From: Antedon mediterranea
Taxonomy: Eukaryota; Animalia; Echinodermata
NCBI RefSeq assembly: GCF_964355755.1
Contig: NC_092676.1
Location: forward strand, 2,299,788-2,363,787
DNA: 64,000 bases
Direction: 5' to 3'
Shown: positions 25,635 through 38,169 of the stretch, piece by piece
Position numbering within the stretch: position 1 is the stretch's first letter
How the letters are laid out: the number at the start of each line of letters is the position of its first letter
Notes under the pieces: generated by a model
Told to the model about the DNA's origin: nothing
What the model saw: only the letters and a program-made list of their open reading frames with translations
Database searches by the model: none
Position numbers and translations under genes: made by a program

Positions 25635-25730
25635 ACGTTTTCATCAAGAAAGGCAACACCAAAGGTCTTCGTAGAAACGCCTAGGGTTGTATCATTTAAA
25701 ATGACATCACGTGCAAACACATCGATGTGT
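25635..25730 (-). pseudogene. Single-copy adhesion-GPCR GAIN exon remnant at the array boundary
   Basis: IDVFARDVILNDTTLGVSTKTFGVAFLDEN fits the GAIN segment expected after the ...SSTR exon. It is followed by a (GTT)n microsatellite and by intron sequence shared with the array (25470-25574). Confidence 0.5.
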
Positions 25731-25749
25731 AATATTATTATTATATTAT

Positions 25750-26360
25750 TTCAGTTACTTATCAATTTGTATTTACTGCAAATACTTCCTATACCCTTCA
25801 CACATTTGTTACCCTTCACACAATCTTCCCCAGTCCCTTCCTTCATGGCAACATTGATTACTTTGTCCCATTTTATATTTTTTTCAGTTACTTATCAATT
25901 TGTATTTACTGCAAATACCTCCTATATCCTTCACACATTTGTTACCCTTCACACAATCTTCCCCAGTCCCTTCCTTCATGGCAACATTGATTACTTTGTC
26001 CCATTTTATATTTTTTTCAGTTACTTATCAATTTGTATTTACTGCAAATACCTCCTATATCCTTCACACATTTGTTACCCTTCACACAATCTTCCCCAGT
26101 CCCTTCCTTCATGGCAACATTGATTACTTTGTCCCATTTTATATTTTTTTCAGTTACTTATCAATTTGTATTTACTGCAAATACCTCCTATATCCTTCAC
26201 ACATTTGTTACCCTTCACACAATCTTCCCCAGTCCCTTCCTTCATGGCAACATTGATTACTTTGTCCCATTTTATATTTTTTCAGTTACTTGTCAAATTG
26301 TATTTACTGCAAATACACATGTTTTACCCTGTATTACACAATCTTCCCCAGTCCCTTTCC
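25750..26360. repeat. 133-bp minisatellite, about 4.5 copies
   Basis: The unit TTCAGTTACTTATCAATTTGTATTTACTGCAAATAC... recurs. ORF starts 25900, 26033 and 26166 are 133 bp apart. Confidence 0.95.
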
Positions 26361-27527
26361 TTTGTCTCATACTTTACCCGTTCACATTTCTTTGTATTCT
26401 TGCTTTGTCTATTTGATTGATAAAACATTATAATTTCAATCTTTGTTTTTGTAAAAAGAATCTTAACAGCTTAAGTTGAAATTTAAAATTAAACTTCAGT
26501 AAATAATGCTTATACATATGAAAAAACACCAAAATCCAGCTACTGTATTTACAAATTCAACAGTTCATCGTGTTCCATTATTTACCAATAAAATGTGCTA
26601 TTTTATTGAGGTCTTGCCTCTATGTTCGGAGGTTTGAATTTAATTTAAATTTTTTTCAATTTAAAGATAATCTTTACCAAAATTTGTAATAAGAAAAGCT
26701 TTATCAAACTACCTAACATTTTTTTGTGCATAAATCTCAAATGTTCGACAACCATTGTGTTGGACAAACTCATGCTGAACGTTTCATACGCTGCAGAATG
26801 TACACTTTATAAGAAATGTTCACCTCTGCTACCAATACACAGTAAATCAAGGTTTGCAAACAAGAAATTGATTACATCAACAAGAAGATAGTTGGAAGAA
26901 TATTACAAAAACAATTGTTGCTGCTTATTAACTAAAATAATGTTTTGATGAGAATATACTGTACCTTACTCGCCTGTGTTTTAGCTGCAAAGCTGAAATT
27001 CAAGTTTAGTATAAATCAGTGGATTTCATCTGGAAAACATTGTTCCTGTAATAATGAATGATCTTCTGAACTAGTTGCCTGTGAAAAATGTGTTGATGTG
27101 CACATGTTGTGACAAGAACTTTTTGATCAGATGGTATACAAAAGGATGTGAACAATTTGATATTGGCATGTAAAGAATTGGTTGATTCATTAATGATGTA
27201 ACAAGAACTCTATAACTCAGTTTAAACTTTATGCAACACAAAAGGATCTGATGATTTACTATTTGCGAAGAGTTATTTGATGTGCTGTAAGAACATTGGA
27301 CCTAAAAGAACTGGAACAATTTAATATTTGTGAACATTATGAAGAAACAATTAACTATTTACTTTACCTGTTTGTGGAGAATTGTTTGTTGATTTAGATG
27401 CACATATGTAAAGAAAGAGGTAGTGATTTTGTCTTTCTTATTACAATTGATATCTTGATTAGAACATTGTCAATTTGCATTTAAATAATTCAGTAATTCA
27501 CCGCGTTTCATTTATTATTCACCCAAA

Positions 27528-27682
27528 AAATTGGCAAATAATCAACACAGATAATTTATAAATTGCAACCTCGTAATGGAGTCAGGACCTCAATAAAATG
27601 AGCTCATTTTACTGAGGTCCTGCCTCCATTACAAGGTTGTAATTTATAATTTAACTGTCCTGATAATTTGCCAATGTTTGTG
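27528..27682. repeat. Imperfect ~150-bp palindrome centred on GAGCTC (27600-27605)
   Basis: GTAATGGAGTCAGGACCTCAATAAAAT-GAGCTC-ATTTTACTGAGGTCCTGCCTCCATTAC, with pairing extending outward to TTGGCAAAT/ATTTGCCAA. Confidence 0.85.
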
Positions 27683-29100
27683 ATCCTCATGCTTTACCAA
27701 GTTTCATACTGTATACATTTTTTTTTTTCACCGCTCGTAGTATTCCAATAAAATGTGTTATTATCTTCTCATTAGTGGTACAATTAACAAAACATCTTAA
27801 AATTGACAATCGAAATGTTTATGAACTGTTCGTTTGAAACACTGTATTGTTGGATTTTTAGATTTACTGTAATATTCTAATAGAATTTAAAACATAAAAA
27901 ATAAAAAAGTAACATTACCAATTTACAAATGCATAAACTGTTTTGTAATTTTGTTTACAGTTTATTGACAATTCAATTGTTTTCTATGTTACTGTTAGTA
28001 ACAGATATTCCTTTAAAATTACAATTTCTCCTTTAAAATTACAATTTCTGCTTATTATTCAAACTCCTTATATTTACAGTACTTCTCCCCCCCCCCCACC
28101 CACCTCACCCACCTATCCTCTACATATTTGACTGTCAAGGCCATAGCTACCAGTACGGATGGTAAGGTTTCAACCTAACCACTTTTGACAACCCAGCAGC
28201 TTGAACAGAGATTGTTCCCTTTTCTAGCAAAAACCAAACCACTTTATTTCTCGTAGCTACTGTACATCATTGACTGTTAGCTACAAACAGTACTAATGTT
28301 TTTTAGTAGCTGAATATGCTACTATATTCCACTGTTTTCTTGATTGTTCATCAAGAAAATTGTTTCTGATTTTATATTTTATACTGTTATCAATCGCCAT
28401 TTGTATAAAAAGCCATTTTCTTTACTCTTCATTACTATTATTCTTAATTCTTCTTCAACCAAATTGTTTCCATTGTCTTTTTTTAGATTACTAGGCTATA
28501 TTTACTCACCACTTTGCATAAAAATCCCGGCCTTTCCTTTTCATTACCGAAACTTGTATTTCCTTGTTGTTATGATAGAAACTAACTGTTTTAAATTTTT
28601 GTCAAAATGGTTTTGTAAATCAAGGTCATGAATAATGAAAATGAATAATTTCTTTGATTATTAATTGAAATATGTATTTTATTAACCGAATGCATTAATC
28701 AATCAAGTCCAGGTAACGTCCTTAACGTTGTTACTGGTTTATTATTTAATATTTGACTGTATATTGACATTTGGACAATACAGATGTAACATGGTGGGAC
28801 CAAACCCTGTTAGTCACACAGGCTATTCACCCCTTACTCTCCCCGATGCCTACTTAACTTGGAACACTACATTCCTGAGGTGGGTCTTCCAAGGAAAGTC
28901 AATCGGGATGTGGTACCATTTAATTAGTCATCCTTCCGGTCCCCTTAATATAAATATATGTTTTGTAGTTAAGTTCAGAATCGCTACGTTTCACATTGTT
29001 TTATAATATTACTTTTTGATTGAATAAATATTATATTTTGTACATTGAATAATTGTGTGCCATCGTTATTGCCTTGGCCCTCGACACGACTACCATTACA

Positions 29101-30985
29101 ACAGAATACAGAATACAGAAATTTATTGGTCCAAAAGGAAATTTGGTTCGTTAACAAGCTCTCAAACAATTAATTAAAAATATATAAAGTCATGAATACA
29201 AAAATACAAGATCTTACAAAAATATGAATAAACATCAAAAAATATATATCGTAACATATAAGATATATAAAAATATTATCAGTATTATATACAAATTACA
29301 TATTCAATCTATCTTTTAATAGTTGCGTTATATAAATGGCAAGAATTTGGAACAAATGACTTTCGAAGACCGATCATGATCTCCTCTTAGTGGACGTAGC
29401 CTGATACCAGATCTGTTTAAAACATAGTACTTATTTAGTGGGTGTGTGTGGTCATTCATAATCATGTTAACTTTATGTAATACTCTTTTTTTCATATGTT
29501 TGTTGAATAGTTGATAGGTCAGAGCCAATAATTTTGCCTGCACGCTTCCTAACTCGTTCTAATTTTTCTTTGTTCTCATTTGTAAGACCAAAAAACAACG
29601 ATATTAAACTAATAGTTAAAACACTTTGCACTATAGCCCTATAGAAAACGTTATCAATTTTATATAGTTTTAGTTTTCTTAAGAAATATAGCCTTTGATT
29701 TGCTTTTTTAAACACGGTATTTATTTGAGTATTAAATTTGAAACCTTTGTCAATAGTTCCTAAGTATTTTTGTTCGTCTACTTGATCTATTTCTACACCT
29801 TTAATTAACTTATCATGTCCAAAGATTTTACGTCTTGTATCAAATACTATTTCTTTAGTTTTGTTTTTATTTAGTTGTAGGTAGTTTGTATCACACCAGT
29901 CCACAAATTTGTCAACCTCATTTGTGTACGGTGACGCATCTGCTCCACGAAGATAACCGGAGATTACAGTATCATCCGCGTATTTTATCATTGAGGTTGT
30001 ACTGCGCCTAACGTTTCATAGTCGGAAGTATATAGTGAAAACAAAAACGGCGAAAGGACGCATCCTTGTGGTGCTCCCGTATTGCAGAGCGTTGTGCTGG
30101 AAACGTTGCTGTCCATGCGAACGTATTGAGGTCTCTGTTGCAGAAAGTCCATGGTCAGAAGTGAAAGGTTGGGATTAATATCCATCCCTCGTAATTTCCT
30201 AATCAACAAATGCGGTTGTAAGCAATTAAAAGCGCTCGAAAAGTCAACGAAGAGTGCCCTGACAAACGTATTCCTAGTGTCAATATGCTGAAAAATATTA
30301 TGCAAGAAAAGAATAATAGCGTCATCAGTTCCTCTCTTGGGTCGGTAGGCAAATTGAGTAGGATCAATCGATACGCCCACTTGGTCAAGTATACGATTCA
30401 AAATAATGCGTTCAAAACACTTCAAAACATTTGAAGTGATTGCGACTGGTCGGTGATCGTTTTGGGTTACTGGATATTTTATTTTCGGAATCGGTCTAAT
30501 TTCTGAAGTTTTCCAGATCTTAGGAATTTTTCCACATTCCATGGATGTATTAAAAATATCGCAGAAAACTCCTGACAGTTGGTCACAGCATGACTTTAGA
30601 ACCAGATTTGGAACATAGTCTGGACCTGTCGCCTTATTTATTTTAACTTTCTTAAAACCCGATCGAACCTCTCCTTTATTTATTACGATTTTTCCACTCA
30701 CCTCCTTTTCCTTATTTAATTGTTCCTTTAAATCATCTATCTCTTTTGAAAAATCATGTTGATCAAAACGGCAAAAAAATGTGTTAAGATCATCTGTAGT
30801 ATTCGACTCATTTTTTGGCTGTGACGACTTCCTTTTATTTTGACTACCATAGCCAGTGATATCCTGCATGGTTTGCCAAGCCGCTTTAACATCGTTTCCT
30901 TTAAAACTTCGTTCTAACTTTCTTTTGTACTTTGCCTTATTCTTTTCAATTTCTAATGCAATCTGTTTTTGCTTTTCTTTCACTA
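29101..30985 (-). mobile_element. 5'-truncated non-LTR retrotransposon, Rex1/Babar-like, with frameshifted RT
   Basis: KATGPD, HRPVAITS, QFAYRPKRGTDDAI, FVDFSSAFNCLQP, GAPQGCVLSPFLFSLYTSD, then a frameshift at ~29990, YADD and ANQRLYFLRKLK. The 3' end has AATAAA plus a (TTCTGTA)3 tail at 29101-29127. No endonuclease domain is present. Confidence 0.93.
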
Positions 30986-31375
30986 TATCTATATATATAT
31001 TGGTAATGACTGACAAACTGACGTGCCTCTTCTGACAGTTTCTGCATTCAACAAGGCAATACATTCGCCAAGGCAATACATGTAGGCAAATGGACAATAA
31101 GTCAATGATCGTTGGAACCACAAAGCAGTCAGGTGAATATTGAATATTTGCAAACGCATTTTTTAAATATATAAAGAAACAGAAAGTCTACTGTTCTTCA
31201 ATATTCAAAAGTAAAAATACTTTGCTGGAAAATGAATGGACATTTTAAAGATAGTCCGTCAAATTTACATTTGTTTCAAAGATACAGTTCTGGTGCTGGA
31301 ACAAAAATAGTACATTATATATACAATATAACAGTTAAATACTGTAGCACAAAGTATCATCATTTGAAATGTGAA

Positions 31376-33545
31376 TCAGCATATGATCGGCTTTAGGGAA
31401 ATCTTGACAATGCCTGGAGTATTTTCATAAAACTGATAATTGTGTTTTTTTAGTTGTTCTTGGACAGCTTGTCTAATTCTAGCAATACCTTGAGGGCTGT
31501 TCTTGCCTCTCCCTGTTATCACTGACAAGTGGAGAGTCTTTGGCTTTTGTTCCATCACCTTCAGTTCTTGCTTCTTCTTCAACAAAGCTTCCTCCAACAC
31601 ATTGATGGCTTCATCAACGTGAAAGTGATGCAAGTCTAGGATGTTTGACTTCAAGTAATTCTTATTTAAAGTCTGATGAATTCTGTTAGCTGCATCTTGA
31701 TTTGCCTCTTTGATTTTCTCCTTATGTTCACGACCCTTTTCGGCATAATAGGAAGCAAGTTGTCCCTGTCCTTTCTGGTGTGCCTCAGACGCTTTTTGTA
31801 AACATTCAGCCTGGAGTCGCCTGTGCAGAATTGCATGGACACGGAAATCCACATACTCTGCATCGTCCGGGTAATCAATATCCAACTCTTCATTTTTATT
31901 GAGTTGGTGGTCAACAGTGTCAGAGGTCCCCTTCTGGATTTCTTCTTCTGCCTGAAGCAGCAGCTGTTTCTCAAGCTCTTCTCTTGCTTTGGCAGAGAGC
32001 ACGATGTGGATTGGTTCAGGATGCAAGTTGTACGAGCTCTCAATATTACGAATGGTATTACTAAGATTGTACTGGCTAGCAGAGAAGAAGTTCTCTAAAA
32101 CGTCTTTATCAATTTTTGGAAATCTTTTGAACAGCATGCAATATTTAAATTATCTTGCACTTGTGAAGCCTTTGATGAAATATCCAAATCAGTGGCGATG
32201 TCAGAAGGAATACAAGGCTTCGCAGCAAAGCTTTCCTCTTGTAAAGCTGTCGCTCTTTCCTATTGGATACACATTTACTGCAGCAGCTTTACGAGTTACT
32301 GCAGTAACTTTGTGATTTGATTCTAATTGGTTCACATCATCGAAAAATATGTCTGGTTCAACCTCAAACGAATCTCTATGTATGTTTCTGTCGATTTCGT
32401 CATCATCACTTATTTATATTTTATCTTCTTTGATAAGAGAATGAATACGTTTCTTATTACTGATTCTCTTGGTTTCTGAACTAGTCCCTTGGTGAAGTGG
32501 TCTATCAGGGGGCACCTTCTTAATCTTCACCTCTGACCTTTGATCTACAGAACTTTCCTCCGTAGTGTTAAAACCAGCGCAGTAACAATATTATTCTTTC
32601 TTTTGGAACCCCATGAACACATCGCTTTGCCAACTGATTCGGATTCCGTTTCCATGACGTATCTGGTTCCCTTATCACAACATGATAATTCATCTTTTTT
32701 GCCATGTCTATGTATGGCCTCATTTCATGTTTTTGTATGTTTGTATTATCAACTATCACAGGAGTTATTCCTTTCTCTAAAGCCTCATAGACTCTTTTCT
32801 GGTTCCATTCATGTGCCTTTGTTAACAGCTCTCTTTTATACTCATAATCTCCATTACGTTTCATGAAATAATCATCTGTACTGTATATGGCTCCCTCTCT
32901 CTGCAACTTCCTGGCTAATGTAGTCTTTCCAGATCCTGGAAGGCCTCTCATCAAGCATAACACTTTACCATCTGGTAATCTTTCTGGTTCTTCAGGACTA
33001 GTTGTTTCCGTCTTCTTCTGAGTTTTGTAATTTGTGGTTCGAATCTTCGGCCAGATTGGCACATCACTGACATTCACTGGTTTTGGTATCATTGACTCCT
33101 CTTTAGATGATATCTTGGATGGGACATTGTCCATTATCACAGATGTTCTATTACTGTCATTTTCATCAATGCTTTCCTTACTTAACTGACCTTTTGGTTC
33201 TGAATCCTTCTTACTTTTATTCTTTCTTTTCTTCTTCTTAGTACCTTAACCGGCATTTGTTGGTCTGCGGCTCAAAACTGGACTACCAAGATGACTATTC
33301 GGTGGTGTAGCATTTGATTGCATGTAATGGTCAACAGGACTGACCGGTTGCACAGGTAGTAGAACATAAGGAACAGTACAGGCACTTACTAATACATACT
33401 TGCTTGCTTCATGGCCATTAGGTTGTTGAAAAGCTAACTTTCCACCAGATGATGGCACTATCAACTGAACCATAAAATGTACAATATCAATATGTACTGG
33501 ATATTGCTGGAAACTATGAAGTTGGTCATTAGAATGAAAGAACAT
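31376..33545 (-). pseudogene. N4BP2: Intronless, disrupted NEDD4-binding protein 2-like copy (AAA_33 polynucleotide kinase, CUE-like, DUF1771, Smr)
   Basis: ORF 32568..33140 has LMRGLPGSGKTTLA, STDDYF, AHEWNQKR, VIVDNTN and HGVPKERI. ORF 31376..32137 has LFKRFPKIDKDVL, LDLHHFHVDEAI and VITGRGKNS. An in-frame TAA at 33246-33248 separates a further upstream frame, and stops and frameshifts lie between the domains. No introns are seen. Confidence 0.85.
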
Positions 33546-33679
33546 TTTATATGCAAGCAAATTTACACTTTTTTTATATAACAATAAATACTGTAGCACA
33601 TAAAGTTATGGTAGAAAAATGAAAGCAATACTGGATATGAAACTTTAGACTTTACTTTTACTTTTAAGGATAGGTGTAT

Positions 33680-33822
33680 TTATAGATCCGGCCATGGCGG
33701 TACACAAGAGAGGAGGTTGCGTAGTTTAAACAGTTACGTAATATGGTCGCTACACATGTGACTTAAACCCAGGACCCTTTGAGTGGTAGCCAAGCATCAT
33801 AACCATCAAGCCACAACTCAAC
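33680..33822 (-). mobile_element. tRNA-derived SINE, degenerate
   Basis: The minus strand has A-box-like GTGGCTTGATGG and B-box-like GGTTTAAGTC at tRNA spacing, with no intact cloverleaf. Confidence 0.5.
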
Positions 33823-35720
33823 TCCTCGGTTTAGCCTGCCTTTCAATCTAAGGTTACAGTAATTACTATTTTCATTATACACTTTTTATTATTATCGGGG
33901 AGAAAAATAATAAATGTTGTGATAAAAATAAAACAATACCTAACTGAGTTTGTCTACTCCCCAGGATGATTACACTACAGTACCTTTGAATTCCTAATAT
34001 CGAAGCTTTCCCGACCCCACAAAGGTTATCTATAGCTTTGCGTGCATGGCCTTTGGCCCGTTGGGAATCAGGCTTCTCTGTCAGGCTATTCCTCACGCAC
34101 ACAATACAGAAAATATAAAATAATTATTATGTCATAAATCCATGCTGATTCATATACTTTTTACATTTTTTTGAAACATAGATTGATGATATTTCGGCAT
34201 ACCTTTTGCAAGTGATGGCAGAGAATGTGCCTGATGCAAAGTAAGCAAAACCATTACTCTAAAAAATGATACAAAATACAAAATCTACACACATTATATT
34301 ATAATGATTATAAATGAAACAACATAAGCTGGGTTACATGAATTACTAATTAATAATTTACAAACTAATGTATACGGTATTTCTTTCTGAAGAAAACGGC
34401 ACCAAAAATATTTTCGTAATCCAGAAAGATGTTTGAACGTAGAACGAGACCGATTGGGATTTGGAACAATGAAGTAAGTGAACATAATATTTTCAAGAAA
34501 AGCAATTAAACAATTTAATGCATTGTGATGTGATTATGTCCGACGTTTAAATAATTTTTATATTTCTCTGTTTTACATATAGGCTCTCTATCATTTAATG
34601 GTAGAATTACATAAAAAAAAGACACGTGGCAAGACCCAAGGTAAAAAATAACGACCAGTTAGTATTTATTATTGAAATATTTGGGTATAGTGTTCTACAT
34701 AGTGTAGTATTCCCCTAACCCTTAACCTTACCTTACATGAAACAGACACCAAATATATTCATCAGAACGTAGGCCTATTACCCAATTTCATTGTAATATC
34801 AATATCGACCAGGAAATGATAAATAATATCGGTGGCAATTTCATTTTTGTTTTAGTTTACAATCTACGTTCGATACTGAACCAATCATATTTGTTTAACA
34901 TTTTAACAGAAAACCATATACAACCAAACGTATAAGCTGCATACGCAATCTGCCACTGTCAGCCACAAGACTTGACAATCATTGTCGTGAAGATATTCTG
35001 TAAGTAACGATTTTTTGTCATTTACCTCAGAAGACTGTTGAAATACTGTATGTGTGTATAGCATTGAATTGCGTGGTGGTGTGAAGGAATGTGTGACCGA
35101 AAAATAAAGAAGTCACAAGTTCACATTTTTATTTAATCCCAATATTGTTTATATAAAAAAAAAGATACAGGAGATCTTTGTGTAACACATTACCCTAAAT
35201 TATTGTCCAATACAACTTTTTGGTGCGACCCTTAAAGAATACGGAATAAAATAAATATTTTTTTTTTTACTTTTTCTTTTATAGAAATACCAGCAATTAT
35301 ATGCGATGTGTTGCGGCGAAAGAAGGCATTATTTATTTTGTACAAAAAAAAAATTTCTTCAGCTACGTCGAAGAAGCAGACGCGGCCTGTAGAGCCACAG
35401 AATTCAGTCGCCGGGAATTCATCAGATCGCATAAAGCATGAAATCAGTTCCTCTAAGCTTACGAATGTTGAGTTTTCCGGTTGATCTGGTTTAAAAAAAA
35501 ATTACATTATTTTTTGTAAATACTTTTTTTCAAACCTAATTTTCCAATAAACATGAGTTAAATTAAAGTATGTTATGTTGTCTTTTGTTCTTGATCAGCT
35601 CGCTATATATAGGCCTATCGTTCATATTGTAGCAAGTCGGAGGGGGAGGAGGTACGAAAAAATTCTAGTGAAGCTGTTACGTCATTTAACATTAGCTTAA
35701 ATAACATATAAAATAAAATA

Positions 35721-36215
35721 CCGTAAATCTTCTAATAGTAACCGACACTCTAATACTAATAGTAACCCCCTTCTAATAGTAACCAACACTCTTATAGTAA
35801 TCCCCTTCTATAGTAACCAACCTTATGTAAGTCAATCTATAATAATAACCCACTACTCTAACAGTTACCCATGGGTTTTTGTCACAAAAACTGTTGACAA
35901 AATGACTGCTCGTGATGCAGCCGTATTTTGAAAATAAGGAGATAATGCATGTTGATCTTGGTAGTGGCGCAGGATTGAGTGTTTTTTAGTTTATAAAATA
36001 AAGTCAGAATTCAACCAATTTGTTTATTCATACTGTTTTATTATTTTGTTATGAGTTGCTGACCGGAAAAGTTAAAGGTGGGACTATTTTCAGGTGCCTA
36101 ATTTAAGATTAGTAATTAGTATAGTAACCCACTACTCTAATAGTAACCCCCTTCTAATAGTAACCAACCTAAAAAAAAGAATAATAACCCAGGGTTACAA
36201 TTAGAAGATTTACGG
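35721..36215. mobile_element. Tc1/mariner (pogo-type) MITE
   Basis: TA|CCGTAAATCTTCTAAT...ATTAGAAGATTTACGG|TA, with internal CTAATAGTAACC subrepeats. Confidence 0.85.
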
Positions 36216-36479
36216 TAAGCATATTATTTCAAAAAATTTCATTTATTTGCCAACAGAGGGCTTAAATTGTTTATATCGTTCGCGTGGCAAGAAACATTTT
36301 TTTGGGTGCATATTTGGCATATCATACGATTTTGCGGACCGTGACCGAGCACTTTTGCTTTCGATCGATCCGACAAAATCAAAATAAGCTGATTACTTTT
36401 GTGCTTTATTTTTCAAATAATGATGTAATAATAATTCAACATTTATTAGTTTCTATCAATGGTATAACAATACAATAAA

Positions 36480-37120
36480 AAGAGAATACTTGTCACGCAA
36501 GACCCATAAACAAAAGAAAAAAATACATTTGTATATAATTATTTTTTACGAAAAGTTGGGAGAGAGGAAGAGTTAACAATACTAGTATCTAATTGATTCC
36601 AATTTAAAGGGCCAGAAACAAATAAAGTGGGAAGAACTAGTTAATCTTACAAAAGGAATAGTTAACTGAAACTTATGAACAGTACTTCTTAAATTATGAC
36701 CATGGTTGAAATCAGCAGTGTTAAATAAATTCATCATGGGAGAAGGAAGATTGTGATGTGATGGATAGTCAGCAGCCCAAATAATGTTACAATAATAAAG
36801 ATGAGGTAAAATTAAAGAATTATATAGTGAAATAAGGATACGCCAGGGAAAAGTGTGCTTAAGATTATTTATAATCCCAATTGTTTTAGAAATTTTATTT
36901 GCAATATGATTCTGATGACTGGTCCATCTCAAGTTTTCCTGGATTAAAACACCAAGGAACATAGTCTCTGACGTTTGTTTAATGTTATCTCCATTAATAA
37001 ATATATTGTAATCAGTAAGGTCTAACGATTGACGTTGTGTATGAAAAAGAATGTAATTGGTTTTCATGGAGTTTATAAGGAGTTTATTTGAGATGAACCA
37101 GTCATTATATTTTGACAATT
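36480..37120 (-). mobile_element. L2/Crack/Daphne-type LINE 3' fragment
   Basis: DWFISNKLLINSMKTNYILF, FLGVLIQENLRWTSH, KISKTIGII and LYNSLILPHLYYCNIIWA form a post-RT region. It has an internal deletion and no YADD. Confidence 0.88.
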
Positions 37121-38169
37121 CATTATTAACTATAGAAAATAAAACATGGTGATGTCACAACAGGGATATCGATACATTTAATATTGTTGTTAATTTTGCA
37201 ATAGTACCTAATTTGGCGCCTTAGACGCCAAATCAAGTGCGGTACCTCATTTGGCAGTGGTACCTCATTTGGCGTGAAAAAGCCAATGACGAGAACAGAC
37301 GTTTTCATTTTCCCTGTTGGACGTCGCTTGTCTTTGTAGACTTTGGGCGGGTATGAATCAGGCATATTTCTTTTCAGATCCATCTTATGTGCTCTTAGGC
37401 TTTATCATTTCTAACCTTGACGGTGCCCGGTAGTTGACGGGAACTGTCTATTCGTCAGTTTTTAACTAAATAAATTACATAAATGCTATTTGGATATTTA
37501 ATTGTTAGTAGTGTAGTTGATAGCATTTTGTATCATGAAAACACTACCAGGCTTAAATTAGTAGTGTGACCGTCACAAAAAGTTATAGTATAGGCCTATA
37601 TCATGCGGTGTCCTACTTACCAAAGATACAGTACTGTTTTAGGTTTTACTCTCTTCTGACATATATTTTTTGACCCAACTAAACATATTTGTTGTTCCAA
37701 ACTTTCTGACTCGTGAAGCTTTTCAATATCTGTAAAATGAAAAAATGTCTATCCAAAAAAATCCAAAAATGTGATTTAGAAACTTATTTATATCCTGTCT
37801 AAGAAATCAGCTTTTCATGTCTAGGAATTATATTAACTAAACAGATATCTTGGAAATCTTCAGTTGTCCTTATTGAAGTTACATAAATAATGAAAGTAAA
37901 GGTTATTTTACATGAAGTTGCATAAACACGGAAACTTTGATTGCGCAATTTCAGCATTACCAGTTTTCTATTAATAGAGATGAAGCCCGCCATCATTAAG
38001 GTTTACGCATGCTCAGTTTACCCGGTACCACACGATTTGCACGATTTCGCGTTCTCAGCTCTCTGTAATTAATAAATTTCATTACTAAATTTGATCATTC
38101 TTACATTCAAACGTTTACTGATTTTCGTGATAAATTATTACCGTTAGTTAATAAACTCAGAGATTAAAT

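Noticed and set aside
25701-26420. Four overlapping hydrophobic ORFs
   Set aside because: Artefact of the 133-bp minisatellite.
26700-27430. Possible decayed coding sequence
   Set aside because: Purine-rich and exon-like, but the frames I tried are interrupted by stops and I could not assign a family.
28785-28994. Solo LTR (TGT...ACA)
   Set aside because: No TSD and no partner LTR or PBS.
30986-31121. N-terminus of the 377-aa RT ORF as a real start
   Set aside because: This is non-homologous flank read through an (AT)n tract. LINE similarity begins near 30985.
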